Of a stretch of 64,000 nt of DNA, positions 20,040 to 30,372 are shown one piece after another. The stretch comes from an uncultured virus (IMG/VR IMGVR_UViG_3300025141_000074). Lineage: Duplodnaviria; Heunggongvirae; Uroviricota; Caudoviricetes. Positions within the stretch are counted from its first letter, which is position 1. Each line of letters begins with the position of its first letter. Below the pieces are notes generated by a model. That model was not told the origin of the DNA. It saw only the letters and a list, made by a program, of their open reading frames with translations, and searched no databases. Made by a program: the position numbers and the translations under genes. The stretch lies in the IMG/VR virus record IMGVR_UViG_3300025141_000074. The stretch is one strand, 5' to 3'.

Positions 20040-20648
20040 ATGAGTAAAGTAAACGTCAACGCAATAGAGCCTAGTACAGGAACCGACATCACGTTGGGAG
20101 CGTCAGGCGATACGGTAAGCATACCTTCGGGTGTGACATTAAGTACAGGTAGTGCAATCGCTACAGCTTCTCTTGGAAGTGGAACAGCAAGCTCTAGTAC
20201 TTTTTTAAGAGGTGACTCTACTTGGGCGAGTGCTGGTGGAACTAACTCTGGAAAATTTATGGTTTATGATGCTTCTGTTACTGTTGCAGATGCAACTAAT
20301 ACGATTGTTACAGGATGGTCTGAAACGTATGATGTAGATAATTATTTTGCTAGTGATAAATATACTCCAACTGTTGCAGGATATTATTATCTTGCCGCAA
20401 CTGCTCGTGCAAATAATATAGGTGCAACTGCAAGGTTTATTATAGGTATTCGTAAAAATGGTGCGGCTTTACCTTTAGGTGGCTATGATGCTGAAACAAA
20501 TATAGTAGCTTCTAGTTATCCAACTGTTAGTAATAGTGCCATAGTTTATGCAGATGGTGATGATTACTTTGAGGTAAATCTTTATCAAAATAGTGGTGGC
20601 TCTACAGCTCTTTTTGATGTTGGTTTTTGGGGGTTTAAATTAATATAA
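20040..20648 (+). CDS. Tail fibre module with C1q/TNF-like head (paralog 1)
   Basis: KYTPTVAGYYY...IRKNG...DYFEV...FWGFKLI. Confidence 0.65.
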   Translation: MSKVNVNAIEPSTGTDITLGASGDTVSIPSGVTLSTGSAIATASLGSGTASSSTFLRGDSTWASAGGTNSGKFMVYDASVTVADATNTIVTGWSETYDVDNYFASDKYTPTVAGYYYLAATARANNIGATARFIIGIRKNGAALPLGGYDAETNIVASSYPTVSNSAIVYADGDDYFEVNLYQNSGGSTALFDVGFWGFKLI

Positions 20649-20672
20649 CATGATTTTAAAAGGAATTAATTA

Positions 20673-20792
20673 ATGGCAAGCACGATACAAGTAGACAAGG
20701 TTACTATTACAGGTTATCATAATTATGGCTCTGATAGAGATTTTAATGGTACTTTTTCATACTTTGCTGGATATAAACTGATAGGAATATAA
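20673..20792 (+). pseudogene. Internally deleted remnant of a C1q-like tail module (39 aa)
   Basis: MASTIQVDK (identical to the 21766 start) fused in frame to ...SYFAGYKLIGI, a family-type C-terminus. Confidence 0.7.
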
Positions 20793-20821
20793 ATGGCTAA
20801 CAATTTTAAAAGGAGGTCTAA

Positions 20822-21151
20822 ATGGCACAGTTATCAACTAAGGTAAAAGCGTACGTGGAGGCGGCGGGCAAGACCGTTGACTTTACAAGTGACGTTCTCC
20901 TTCAGGATGACTCCGACGGCAAAGGACCGTACATCAAGGAATGGAATATCGCGGGGCTTGCACAGCCTAGTGATGCCGACCTTGCCGTACACGAAGCCGC
21001 AGGGGATGTTACTGAAGTGAACAACGTCGTGAGAAGCACGCGCAAAACAGCTTATGGTGATATTGGCGATCAGCTTGATGAGATATTTAAGGATATCGAC
21101 GCGTGGAAAACACGTATTCAAGGGATCAAAGATGCAAACCCAAAGAGTTAA
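20822..21151 (+). CDS. XkdW-like tail fibre chaperone
   Basis: LLQDDSDGKGPYIKEWN...RKTAYGDIGDQLD...IKDANPK. Confidence 0.65.
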   Translation: MAQLSTKVKAYVEAAGKTVDFTSDVLLQDDSDGKGPYIKEWNIAGLAQPSDADLAVHEAAGDVTEVNNVVRSTRKTAYGDIGDQLDEIFKDIDAWKTRIQGIKDANPKS

Positions 21152-21161
21152 GGAGTAAAAA

Positions 21162-21746
21162 GTGAGTAAAATATTTGTTGATCAGGTAGATCCAAAGACA
21201 GCTACCACGCTAACGCTTGGCACGTCAGGTGATACGGTAACAGTACCATCAGGTGCGACCTTTAATGTGGCTGGAACTATGCAAAGTGGCGGAGTTGCTG
21301 TAGCTAACACTCCTGCTTTTGATGCATATATGTCAGCAGTTCAAGATGTTACAGATAATGCAAATACAAAAGTTGTGGTTAATACAGAAGTTTATGATTC
21401 AGATGGTTGTTATGACAACAGCACAAATTATAGATTTACTCCAACTACCGCAGGAAAATATTATGTTTATGGTGCTGTTACATCATTAACAGATGCTTCA
21501 CAAACAAAAGAAGCTAGGGCTATGATTTATAAAAATGGAGCTGCTTTAAGAAGTGCAACTATCGACCCAAGAGATAATTATGGGTATATGAATAGTAATT
21601 TTGTTTCAGCAATAATAGATATGGATGGCTCGTCTGATTATGTTGAGCTTTATGGAGTAACAAACAAACAGGGTGGAACTGATTGTAAATTTACAAATTT
21701 ACATTATCAAGCAACATATTTCGGAGCATATAGGATTATAACATGA
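21162..21746 (+). CDS. Tail fibre module with C1q/TNF-like head (paralog 2)
   Basis: ANTPAF...RFTPTTAGKYYV...IYKNG...DYVELY...YFGAYRIIT. Confidence 0.7.
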   Translation: MSKIFVDQVDPKTATTLTLGTSGDTVTVPSGATFNVAGTMQSGGVAVANTPAFDAYMSAVQDVTDNANTKVVVNTEVYDSDGCYDNSTNYRFTPTTAGKYYVYGAVTSLTDASQTKEARAMIYKNGAALRSATIDPRDNYGYMNSNFVSAIIDMDGSSDYVELYGVTNKQGGTDCKFTNLHYQATYFGAYRIIT

Positions 21747-21765
21747 TTTTAAAAGGAATTAATTA

Positions 21766-22326
21766 ATGGCAAGCACGATACAAGTAGACAAGATACAGGA
21801 TACGGGTGGCAATACTATTTTGCAATCTGACGGAAGTGGCACGGCCACTACCACATTGCCTGTAGGATTTGGAGGAACAGGCGCTACCACTTTGGCGGGC
21901 GCTGGGTTAGCTAATACTCCAGCTTTTAGAGTAACACTTTCTGGGGACCAAAGCATAAGTAGTGAAACTGCTACTAAAGTAACTTGGGACACAGAAAGTT
22001 TTGATACAGATAATGCTTTTGCCTCCAATAAGTTTACTGTGCCAGCAGGAGAGGGTGGTAAATATTTTTTCTTTCATAAAATTTTTTATGATGATGTGGA
22101 TGATGGAGAATATGTTCAACTTCGACTTTATAAAAATGGCTCTGAACAGAATATCTTTAGATCACAAAGATATGGCTCAAAAGCTACTGCAAATATGTAT
22201 ATGCAAGCTAGTGCTGTTTTAACTTTAGTTGCAACAGATTATATTGAAACTTATGTTTATGCGAATGCGGCTGGGGATCTCAATTCCTTATACTGCACAT
22301 TAACAGGATACAAATTAATAGGATAA
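21766..22326 (+). CDS. Tail fibre module with C1q/TNF-like head (paralog 3)
   Basis: ANTPAF...KFTVPAGEGGKYFF...LYKNG...DYIETY...GYKLIG. Confidence 0.7.
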   Translation: MASTIQVDKIQDTGGNTILQSDGSGTATTTLPVGFGGTGATTLAGAGLANTPAFRVTLSGDQSISSETATKVTWDTESFDTDNAFASNKFTVPAGEGGKYFFFHKIFYDDVDDGEYVQLRLYKNGSEQNIFRSQRYGSKATANMYMQASAVLTLVATDYIETYVYANAAGDLNSLYCTLTGYKLIG

Positions 22327-22327
22327 C

Positions 22328-22879
22328 ATGGCACTGACAACGGTTAAAAACGCAGGACTCGCAGGATCAATAGATCTGACAGCCAAGGTGACTGGTGCAC
22401 TGCCTGCAGCTAATGGTGGTACAGGTGCTACAAGTTATGCACCTGGTAAGGTTTTGCAGGTGGTTAATGTAGTAAACGGAACAGTTGATTCAACAACTAG
22501 TTCAACTTTAGCAGACACTTCATTAACACTTAATATAACCCCAAGTGCAACTTCAAGTACAATTTTAGCGGTTGTTAAAATTAATGGAGTTTATGTTAGC
22601 CATGAAGATACATCATTAGATTTAGCACTTTTTAGAGATAGTACTCAAATAGTAGATTTTGGTGGCACAGTTGGTCTTGTTACTAGTAACACAACAAACG
22701 ATAGTGGACAAACAGGTGATGGAATAACATATTTAGATAGTCCTTCATCTACATCACAATTAACTTACAAAGTAAAATTTGCTAGTTCAGACAACACAAC
22801 CCAAATACAGATTAATAATTACATAAGAGGTAGCATTAGACCAAAGAGTTCTATTACCTTAATGGAGATTTCAGCATGA
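22328..22879 (+). CDS. Tail fibre module
   Basis: GKVLQVV...ITPSATSSTIL...LDSPSSTSQLTYKV...SSITLMEISA. Confidence 0.7.
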   Translation: MALTTVKNAGLAGSIDLTAKVTGALPAANGGTGATSYAPGKVLQVVNVVNGTVDSTTSSTLADTSLTLNITPSATSSTILAVVKINGVYVSHEDTSLDLALFRDSTQIVDFGGTVGLVTSNTTNDSGQTGDGITYLDSPSSTSQLTYKVKFASSDNTTQIQINNYIRGSIRPKSSITLMEISA

Positions 22880-23049
22880 CCGATATAAAAGATAGAAAAA
22901 GTGTAATTAAAGCTATACTTATATTAAATTCAAATGCTAAAGTTGTTGTAAGAGGAGATGACAATTTAGATACTTGTGAAATAGATTGGCTTGAAGGAAC
23001 AACACCAATATCTAAAGAAGATATTAAAATAGAATGGGATAAACTATAA
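22876..23049 (+). CDS. Small tail-fibre chaperone-like protein (57 aa, not in ORF track)
   Basis: ATGA overlap with the previous stop; IKAILILNSNAKVVVRG...IDWLEGTTPISKEDIK. Confidence 0.6.
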   Translation: MTDIKDRKSVIKAILILNSNAKVVVRGDDNLDTCEIDWLEGTTPISKEDIKIEWDKL

Positions 23050-23104
23050 TGGCTTTCGGTGCAGGAGCGATTGATAAAATAACTTCCTTATATAAGGAGG
23101 CTTA

Positions 23105-23773
23105 ATGACTTTCGCTGCGTCATCATTCGGTGAGCGCGCTTTCGCCGAGGACATCTCGCAGCACGCTGTTGTAGCCCTAACGGGCGAGCAGGCTAATTTC
23201 GCCCTAGGGACCGCACAGATTCTTGGGCATGCAACTGTAGAACCAGGTGGCCTTGCTGCATCGTTCGCGGTTGGAAGTGCCACAATTGACATTTCCATCA
23301 CGGTCGCGCCAAGCGGATTACCAACTGAGTTCTCCCTTGGAACGACAACTGTAACTGGAACGGCATTGGTAACGCCAACGGGACTTCTTATTGAATCGTC
23401 CCTTGGAACCGTCACTGTCACCGGAACGGCGCTCGTGGAACCAAGCGGACTTGAGGCAACCTTTACCGTGGGAGATTCCACGGTTACAGGAACGGCGTTG
23501 GTGACACCAACAGGAGTTTCCTCGACATTTGCCGTTGGAACTGTTACACTTGTGTGGACAATAGTTCCGACTGGAGTCCAGGCGGAATTTGGAATGGGAA
23601 CGGTTACCGTAACTGGTACCGCGAAAGTTATACCAACGGGAGTTGAAGTGGCAGCCGCTGTTGGAGCACTTAAACTGACGATCTGGAACGGAGTTCCGGA
23701 TACAGGTGGAGGTTCATGGAGCGTGGTTGATGATTCAAACACCTCAACATGGATTGAAGTGAATACAGGTTAG
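23105..23773 (+). CDS. Tail structural protein with ~22-aa repeats
   Basis: Repeated (V)TPTG...(S/F)LGTVTVTGTA units; AGGAGG RBS. Confidence 0.7.
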   Translation: MTFAASSFGERAFAEDISQHAVVALTGEQANFALGTAQILGHATVEPGGLAASFAVGSATIDISITVAPSGLPTEFSLGTTTVTGTALVTPTGLLIESSLGTVTVTGTALVEPSGLEATFTVGDSTVTGTALVTPTGVSSTFAVGTVTLVWTIVPTGVQAEFGMGTVTVTGTAKVIPTGVEVAAAVGALKLTIWNGVPDTGGGSWSVVDDSNTSTWIEVNTG

Positions 23774-23781
23774 GAGGATAC

Positions 23782-24822
23782 ATGGCCGATACGACGATAT
23801 TACAACTTAACAAGCTTACAACGGGTTCCCACTCCGGAACGTGGGGTGACCTGACCAATGACAACATGAGCAAGATTGATACCTCCATCAAGGGGTACAC
23901 AGCTGTTGCTGTCGCAAGCACAACACAAACACTCACGACAGGATCGGCTGGAACAGGAAATCAAATCAACACTGCTTCCTTCAAGTTTACAGGAACACTT
24001 AGTGGAAATTCGAACATCGTTTGTCCGGCGCAGCCAACATGGTATTTTGTGGATGACGCAACAAGCAGAACAGGAAATAACTGGACTTTAACCTTCAAGC
24101 CATCCGGCGGGACAGGTGTATTACTGGTTAATAACGCGAAGCATGTTCTTTACACCGACGGTTCAACAATGTTTGATGTTGGCGCGGACATGGGAAATAT
24201 ACTCGCCAACGGAACACTTACCGCTAATAATGCTGTTAGTTTTGATCCTGTAAATGCAACGGCTGCATCGACAGCTTTTACATTCAACAATTCCGAAGGG
24301 GATTATGACGCACGCTTTGCGGGTGATAGTGAAACCAACCTTTTATTTATTGACGCCAGCACAGACCGTGTGGGTATAAAAACAGATAGTCCAGCCGATG
24401 ACTTTCATGTGGCTGGAACGGTCAAGGTTACAGGTGCTTCTGATTTTGACGGTGCAGGGTTTGTATGGAATGACTCCGCGGCGTCATTGGATTTTAGACT
24501 GGAAAGTGGTGGTTCCAACCCCCAACCAAATATGTTTATTGTGGATGGTTCAGCGGATAAGATTGGAATTGGCACGGCAACACCAGCGGATGCCCGTCTT
24601 GAGATTAACCAAAAGGAATCAGCAGGCGCTATTGCCTGTCTCGCATTGGATCAGGATGATGAAGATAAACAATTTATTTATTTTGACGGAACAACAGCTA
24701 CTGATAGTTCAACAAATGTTTCTACTTCAGCCGATTCAGGTGGGACTAAAAACGGAGCTATTTTAGTTAATGTTAATGGAATAGGAGCTTGTTGGATTAG
24801 AGTTTACGATTCAGCAGTATAG
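23782..24822 (+). CDS. Tail fibre/baseplate-associated protein
   Basis: GSHSGTWGDLTNDN N-terminus; LFIDASTDRVGI and MFIVDGSADKIGIGTATP repeats. Confidence 0.7.
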   Translation: MADTTILQLNKLTTGSHSGTWGDLTNDNMSKIDTSIKGYTAVAVASTTQTLTTGSAGTGNQINTASFKFTGTLSGNSNIVCPAQPTWYFVDDATSRTGNNWTLTFKPSGGTGVLLVNNAKHVLYTDGSTMFDVGADMGNILANGTLTANNAVSFDPVNATAASTAFTFNNSEGDYDARFAGDSETNLLFIDASTDRVGIKTDSPADDFHVAGTVKVTGASDFDGAGFVWNDSAASLDFRLESGGSNPQPNMFIVDGSADKIGIGTATPADARLEINQKESAGAIACLALDQDDEDKQFIYFDGTTATDSSTNVSTSADSGGTKNGAILVNVNGIGACWIRVYDSAV

Positions 24823-24830
24823 GAGTTTAA

Positions 24831-26720
24831 ATGCCTCTTGTAGATATGCCTTTCACACCTGGAGTAGACAAGCAGGACACCCCCACGGGTGCTGAAGGAA
24901 GATGGATTGATTCAGACAACATACGTTTTCGCTATGGTCTTCCGGAAAAGATTGGAGGATGGGAAAAGGTAACGAGTGATGCCCTTGTTGGCGCCGCACG
25001 CGGAATTCATGCATGGTCCTCATTGGACGGATCACCCTACACCTCAATAGGAACAAACAAGAAACTTTATGTTTATGTTGACAGTGAATGGGCCGATATA
25101 ACACCAATCCGTGCTTCAGGAACGGGAAACATTACAAATTTTACTACAATAGACACATCAACGAACGTGGTTGTCCATGACGCAACACACGGCGCAAGGG
25201 AAGGTGACTTTGTCACCATTTCAGGAGTCTCAGGAACGGTCAATGGAATTGTAGCAGCGAACCTCGAAGGAGAATTCGAGATTACTGCCTTAGGTGATAC
25301 AGCATCGCCGCCCACGGACCAAACAAACAAGTATCAAATAACAGCAAAGGCCGCGGCAACAAGCACAGGAGCTGCAGGTGAAACAGCTAACGCTGCGTAT
25401 CAAATTAACACTGACCCTCCTGTATCCACAGCAGGATATGGATGGGGTGCAGGAACATGGGGTGCTAGCACCTGGGGAACTTCGCGTGCAGGATTAACAG
25501 GCGTGGAAGCCGTTCAATTGGATTCAGGAAAATGGTCACTCGATAACTGGGGGGAAGACATGATTGCCCAGCAGTTAAATGGTGGTCTTTATTACTGGGA
25601 TACATCCGTTGGAACTGGGACACGCGCAACATCAACAACCGTATCAGCTGCTCCTACTAAAAGTTTATTTACTATTGTGTCCGGTACTGACCGACATGTA
25701 GTATGTTTTGGAACAGAGACTACCATAGGTAGTACAGGCACACAGGATAATATGTTTATTAGGTGGTGTGATCAAGAAAATGTTAATGATTGGACTCCTA
25801 GTACAACTAACACGGCTGGTTCACAAAGACTGACGGATGGTAGTTCATTGATATCCGCTAAGCGTTCACGTGGTGCGGTTCTTATCTGGAGTGATACAGC
25901 AATGTACCAGATGCAATTGGTTGGAGCACCTTTCACATTTGGTTTCTCTCAACTAGGCGCTAACTGTGGTGCCGCAGGATTAAATTCTACCATTGATGTC
26001 AATGGAACATCTTTCTGGATGGGAAAAGATTCTTTCTTTATGTTTGATGGTTCCGTGCAGAAATTAAGATGCGCAGTAGAGGATTATGTATTTAAGGATA
26101 TTTCAGAAGGTAGCCAGCGTGATACTTTCGCGGCCAACAACGGTGAATTTAATGAAGTCACATGGTTCTATCCATCATCCGGTTCTTCTGTTATTAATCG
26201 TTGCGTAACTTATAATTACGCAGACCAAGTATGGTATGTAGGAACCTTAAACAGATCCAGTTGGATTGATAAGGGAATTTATTCCTATCCGTACGCAACA
26301 ACATATGATTCAAGTGACACAACTGCAACGATCAGCACGATTACAGGGTTGACAGCAGGAAGAGCATACATGTATAGCCAGGAGTTTGGATCGAATGCGG
26401 AAGGTGCGGCGATAACAGCTTACGTGGAGTCAGGGGATTTTGTTATTCCACAGGCTGGGGAATATCTTATGTCAATAAAAAGATTTATTCCTGATTTCAA
26501 AAATTTAACAGGAACAGTAAATGTTACATTAAAATTTAGAGACTATCCTACGTCAACGCAAAACACCATTGGACCTTTTGCCGTAACGACTTCAACAACT
26601 AAAGTTGATACACGCGCACGCGGACGACAGGGTGCGCTTCGTGTAGAAAGTTCAGCGATAGATGACGCATGGCGTTTTGGCACATACCGTGCTGAAATTA
26701 GACAAGACGGGAGAAGATAA
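24831..26720 (+). CDS. Tail stabilisation/nozzle protein (P22 gp10 / tail tubular B-like)
   Basis: 629 aa; RFRYGLPEKIGGW, WSLDNWGED, FIRWCDQE, EVTWFYPS, DTRARGRQ; precedes the putative ejection genes. Confidence 0.7.
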   Translation: MPLVDMPFTPGVDKQDTPTGAEGRWIDSDNIRFRYGLPEKIGGWEKVTSDALVGAARGIHAWSSLDGSPYTSIGTNKKLYVYVDSEWADITPIRASGTGNITNFTTIDTSTNVVVHDATHGAREGDFVTISGVSGTVNGIVAANLEGEFEITALGDTASPPTDQTNKYQITAKAAATSTGAAGETANAAYQINTDPPVSTAGYGWGAGTWGASTWGTSRAGLTGVEAVQLDSGKWSLDNWGEDMIAQQLNGGLYYWDTSVGTGTRATSTTVSAAPTKSLFTIVSGTDRHVVCFGTETTIGSTGTQDNMFIRWCDQENVNDWTPSTTNTAGSQRLTDGSSLISAKRSRGAVLIWSDTAMYQMQLVGAPFTFGFSQLGANCGAAGLNSTIDVNGTSFWMGKDSFFMFDGSVQKLRCAVEDYVFKDISEGSQRDTFAANNGEFNEVTWFYPSSGSSVINRCVTYNYADQVWYVGTLNRSSWIDKGIYSYPYATTYDSSDTTATISTITGLTAGRAYMYSQEFGSNAEGAAITAYVESGDFVIPQAGEYLMSIKRFIPDFKNLTGTVNVTLKFRDYPTSTQNTIGPFAVTTSTTKVDTRARGRQGALRVESSAIDDAWRFGTYRAEIRQDGRR

Positions 26721-26890
26721 TGGCACAGATTGCAATACCACGTTTACCACAAGCACCACTAGAATATGACCCATCACAGATTAACCAGTTAATCAACACC
26801 ATTGATTTGTTAATACAAGTATTAAACACTTCCTATACACCGGAGCAATTACGCGCCGAAGAGGAAGCAATGGCATGGTATTTAGGATAA
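26720..26890 (+). CDS. Small hypothetical protein (56 aa, not in ORF track)
   Basis: MAQIAIPRLPQAPLEYDPSQINQL...; coupled on both sides. Confidence 0.7.
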   Translation: MAQIAIPRLPQAPLEYDPSQINQLINTIDLLIQVLNTSYTPEQLRAEEEAMAWYLG

Positions 26891-27208
26891 ATGGCTAACA
26901 GTTATAAAAAAGTTATGACAACGCTTACGAGCACTGGTGACTCTACAATTTATACAGTGCCATCCGTCACGACTACATTGGTTAAGACGGCGTGGGCCTA
27001 TAATAATTCAGGTGGATCAGCCATAATTACCCTAAAAGTTAATTCCACTGCGCTGAGCACCAATTCAGCAGTGGCTGATAAAGCCACGGAATCTTTCTTT
27101 TATTTGGCTTCCAGTGACATTGGGGTACTTGAAGAGGGGGATATCTTGAAAATTAATACTAATGTACAGCCAGTGAATATCTATCTGGCTCTATTGGAGA
27201 TTTCATAA
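26891..27208 (+). CDS. Small beta-rich structural protein
   Basis: TIYTVPS...VLEEGDILKI...LLEIS. Confidence 0.65.
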   Translation: MANSYKKVMTTLTSTGDSTIYTVPSVTTTLVKTAWAYNNSGGSAIITLKVNSTALSTNSAVADKATESFFYLASSDIGVLEEGDILKINTNVQPVNIYLALLEIS

Positions 27209-27248
27209 TGGTTGATAACAAAGAAAAAACTTGCTATAAGGAGAGATT

Positions 27249-27497
27249 ATGCCTATAAAAGATGACGGAGTAGTAGAATACGTGGAGATCAACGGGGAGA
27301 AAGTTCCCAAGATTGTGGTCCCTGCGGAAATCACTATTACCAACACGTTAACAGGCAAGGAATACGGATCAGCGAAGGAAGCTGATGATGATGTTGCCAA
27401 TCCTGCAACTGCCACGAAGTCAGAGCACATAAGACAAGACGTAGTAATCAAGGCAGCTATTCACGAAATACTACAGGGTAACGCAGGGAAAATATAA
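27249..27497 (+). CDS. Hypothetical protein
   Basis: AGGAG RBS; possible promoter TTGATA 27212-N17-TATAAG 27235. Confidence 0.7.
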   Translation: MPIKDDGVVEYVEINGEKVPKIVVPAEITITNTLTGKEYGSAKEADDDVANPATATKSEHIRQDVVIKAAIHEILQGNAGKI

Positions 27498-28522
27498 TGG
27501 TAAACACGGATATCTATAAACAAGCCTTCGACACTATGAAAGGAACTGGAATATCCAGTTTAGGACCATCTTATGCACCAACATTTACGCCTAATATAGT
27601 ATCTAATCCATGGGATGTTATTGACGATGTATCACAGTCTTATGATGTATCGTTTCCAACGAGAGAAATGGCAGATAGATTTGATTATGGTTATGGACAA
27701 ATGGTTGGGCACATGACAAATCCAGATGGATCTATAGATCCATGGAGATATAGAGACAACGATTATCATGTAAATCCAGATATTTTTGCAAATATATATG
27801 GTGGTGGACCAGATGGCCCTCATAATAGAGGCGCACGACTTGTTGCTGAGCAATTTAATAATCCTAGTATAACTGAAAATTTTGATTACGTTGGACCACA
27901 ACAAGATTTATTAAAGATGATTGCATGGAATAATGCCATGAATGCAGGAGAAATAGATGTAGATGAAATGTATTTAGATGAAGGAACCATGGATACTTAT
28001 AGTCCTGACTTATACATGACACAAGAAGAACAAGTAAAAAAATTACGAGAATCAGGTGATATTTATCAGGCTCTTATAGCCGATCAAATGGAAAAGTATG
28101 GAAGGGGTAATCCTTATGTGCAAAATTTAAGTGGTACATATGATAATTTCTTTGGAGAAACTTTTGGTATGGATGAAGATCAAGTAGGTCTAAGAGATGT
28201 AAACAGAGGGTATGCATTAGCTTATGCGGATTCTCCTATGACATCTCCAATAAATCAAATTTATCCTGATGAACAATTTTTACCTTCACCATACACTCCA
28301 CCTTCAAATAGACCACCAGCTGGTTATGATGATTTGGTAAATTATACTCAAACATGGCAAACAATAGCTGAGCGACTTGGAATAGAGGCAGCTAACGAAT
28401 GGTTAGCAAAGGAACAATCTACCGACAAAGCTCATCTTGGAAATTATGATTTATATCATCTTATGGGCAATGGCTATACGCTAGAAGAAGCTCAACAACT
28501 ACTTGAAACACAATTAGGATAA
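27497..28522 (+). CDS. Acidic Tyr/Asp-rich hypothetical protein
   Basis: 341-aa coupled ORF with GISSL near the N-terminus. Confidence 0.7.
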   Translation: MVNTDIYKQAFDTMKGTGISSLGPSYAPTFTPNIVSNPWDVIDDVSQSYDVSFPTREMADRFDYGYGQMVGHMTNPDGSIDPWRYRDNDYHVNPDIFANIYGGGPDGPHNRGARLVAEQFNNPSITENFDYVGPQQDLLKMIAWNNAMNAGEIDVDEMYLDEGTMDTYSPDLYMTQEEQVKKLRESGDIYQALIADQMEKYGRGNPYVQNLSGTYDNFFGETFGMDEDQVGLRDVNRGYALAYADSPMTSPINQIYPDEQFLPSPYTPPSNRPPAGYDDLVNYTQTWQTIAERLGIEAANEWLAKEQSTDKAHLGNYDLYHLMGNGYTLEEAQQLLETQLG

Positions 28523-28523
28523 T

Positions 28524-29660
28524 ATGGGCTGGCTAGACAAAGGTTTTAAAAACATAATTAAAGGCGGAAAGGACATACTATCAGGTCCTGCAGGAATCAT
28601 GCTACTTAGTGCGGCGGCACCGTGGCTCTCTGCCAGTTTAGGAACTGGTGCTACAGGGTCGATGTTAGGTAAATTAAGAGCAAGTAAATATGGAGCTCTT
28701 CTTAAGTCACCATGGGTCAAGAACGCCTTAACAAACGCGGCAATGCAAGGTGGAATCGCAACGCTTACAGGATCAAAACATCCATGGAAATCGATGGGTT
28801 ATGCGGCGCTTGGATCAATGCCATTTACGGCACTACAATCCGCACAAGCAGCGAGTGCTTATAATAAAATACCCGGATTAAAAGGAGCTGATAAAAAAAG
28901 CTGGTACGATTTTGCCTTAGGTGATTTTGGCGATAGTGTATCAATTGCTGGAGATCCAGTGACCAAATATACACAAGGAAAAGAAATGATTCCTGAGTAT
29001 GATATGAGTCACGCGGCAGAATTTATGGGCCCTACAGGTTATACAGAAGGAGCTGCTGTAGGTCCACCTAGAGTATCTACATATTTTCCTCCTAAACAAA
29101 CTGCAGACTTAGCGAAAGCAGGAGTTGATATGTCTTACTTCACGAATCCAGGAGCTTCAGAAGCAGCTTTAACCAATCCTGGTTTATCGGGACTAGCATC
29201 TGCTTTAACAGGAGACCTCGACTTAATGGCGACATCCGTTCCACAAATTACAGGAATGTATGGCGGAAGAATGACCGAGGAAGAGCAATGGCTCGCAGGA
29301 AAAGAAAAACAAATAAGACTATGGGCGTTCCAGCACGGAATTCCATACGAGGAAGCAAAGGAGATATGGAAAGACGGATACCGTAATCCATACTACGAAA
29401 CCAGAACACCAAAAGACTATAACTTCCAATTCAACAAAGGCGGAAGTGTTCCATACAAGGATGACTACACCGCAGGTGGAAGCGCCGTGGGCCCAGGAAC
29501 TGGGACATCGGATTCCATTCGACCTGTGGCATTATCCGACGGTGAATTCGTATTCACCGAGGAAGCAACAAACAATTTTCCAGGAGGGCATGAAGGACTT
29601 TATTCATTAATGAATTCACTTGATCCCAATTCGGAACGACCAGAGGAGGCGAGAGTTTAA
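28524..29660 (+). CDS. Putative DNA-ejection/pilot protein
   Basis: Gly/Ala-rich hydrophobic N-terminus; C-terminal GGSAVGPGTGTSDSI...LSDGEFVFT motif. Confidence 0.6.
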   Translation: MGWLDKGFKNIIKGGKDILSGPAGIMLLSAAAPWLSASLGTGATGSMLGKLRASKYGALLKSPWVKNALTNAAMQGGIATLTGSKHPWKSMGYAALGSMPFTALQSAQAASAYNKIPGLKGADKKSWYDFALGDFGDSVSIAGDPVTKYTQGKEMIPEYDMSHAAEFMGPTGYTEGAAVGPPRVSTYFPPKQTADLAKAGVDMSYFTNPGASEAALTNPGLSGLASALTGDLDLMATSVPQITGMYGGRMTEEEQWLAGKEKQIRLWAFQHGIPYEEAKEIWKDGYRNPYYETRTPKDYNFQFNKGGSVPYKDDYTAGGSAVGPGTGTSDSIRPVALSDGEFVFTEEATNNFPGGHEGLYSLMNSLDPNSERPEEARV

Positions 29661-30364
29661 TGGTAGATACGGGTAACTATCCAACGGGAACAACCGTAGG
29701 AACACAGACAAGCGGAATGTCTCCGGAGATGGAGGCGAAATTTTTATGGTACTTGGACCAGGTTGTCGCGAACATGAATGAACCTCATGCCGGACAGGGT
29801 CCAATAGAGGCGCAACAGGTTGTAGGATTTACGGACGCACAAAACCAAGCGATGGAATCCGCCATGGATCCGGAAGGATGGAAGAAATATCTTAATCAAT
29901 ACCAGGACTATGTAACAAAAGGAATTACCGATCAGTTTGATCAGTCAATCAACCAAGCCAACTTAGGTGCGGTTGGCAAAGGAGCTTTCGGGGGAGAGCG
30001 AAATCAACTGTTTACGGGAATACTTGAGGGAGAAAAAGGACGAGCCGTAGGAGAATCACTCGCGGCAGGATATGGACAGGCACATGACATGTGGGGAAAA
30101 GGAATTGCCCAACAGATGGGTGTCGGTTCAGTACAGCAGCAACAGCAACAGCAACAATCTGATGCAAACTATCAAGCGTACTTGCAAAACCGTATGGATC
30201 CGTGGCAACGCCTAGGATACATTGGTGACGCATTTTCAGGAACGCCGTCTGGGCAAATGGCAATGACGATGGGAACCTCTCCCGTCAGCAATCCTCTGTC
30301 ACAGGCATTGGGTGCTGGCTTAGGCATAATGGGAGCAGGAATCGCATCGGGCTACATGACCTAG
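29660..30364 (+). CDS. Putative DNA-ejection protein
   Basis: Gln-rich, GAFGGER motif, hydrophobic Gly-rich C-terminus. Confidence 0.55.
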   Translation: MVDTGNYPTGTTVGTQTSGMSPEMEAKFLWYLDQVVANMNEPHAGQGPIEAQQVVGFTDAQNQAMESAMDPEGWKKYLNQYQDYVTKGITDQFDQSINQANLGAVGKGAFGGERNQLFTGILEGEKGRAVGESLAAGYGQAHDMWGKGIAQQMGVGSVQQQQQQQQSDANYQAYLQNRMDPWQRLGYIGDAFSGTPSGQMAMTMGTSPVSNPLSQALGAGLGIMGAGIASGYMT

Positions 30365-30372
30365 GAGGCACG

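Larger units (their letters stand above)
20644..21792 (+). repeat. 56-bp exact direct repeat (copies 20644-20699 and 21737-21792)
   Basis: TATAACATGATTTTAAAAGGAATTAATTAATGGCAAGCACGATACAAGTAGACAAG spans gene end, RBS and the first 9 codons. Confidence 0.95.

Noticed and set aside
16860..22879. Diversity-generating retroelement or invertase shufflon acting on tail fibres
   Set aside because: No reverse transcriptase or site-specific recombinase in the window; the 56-bp repeat is exact and direct, with no adenine-specific mismatches.
23044..23742. 232-aa minus-strand ORF
   Set aside because: It is the antisense shadow of the repetitive Thr/Val/Gly-rich gene 23105..23773, which has the RBS and operon context. 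The same applies to the many other short antisense or alternate-frame ORFs inside long genes.
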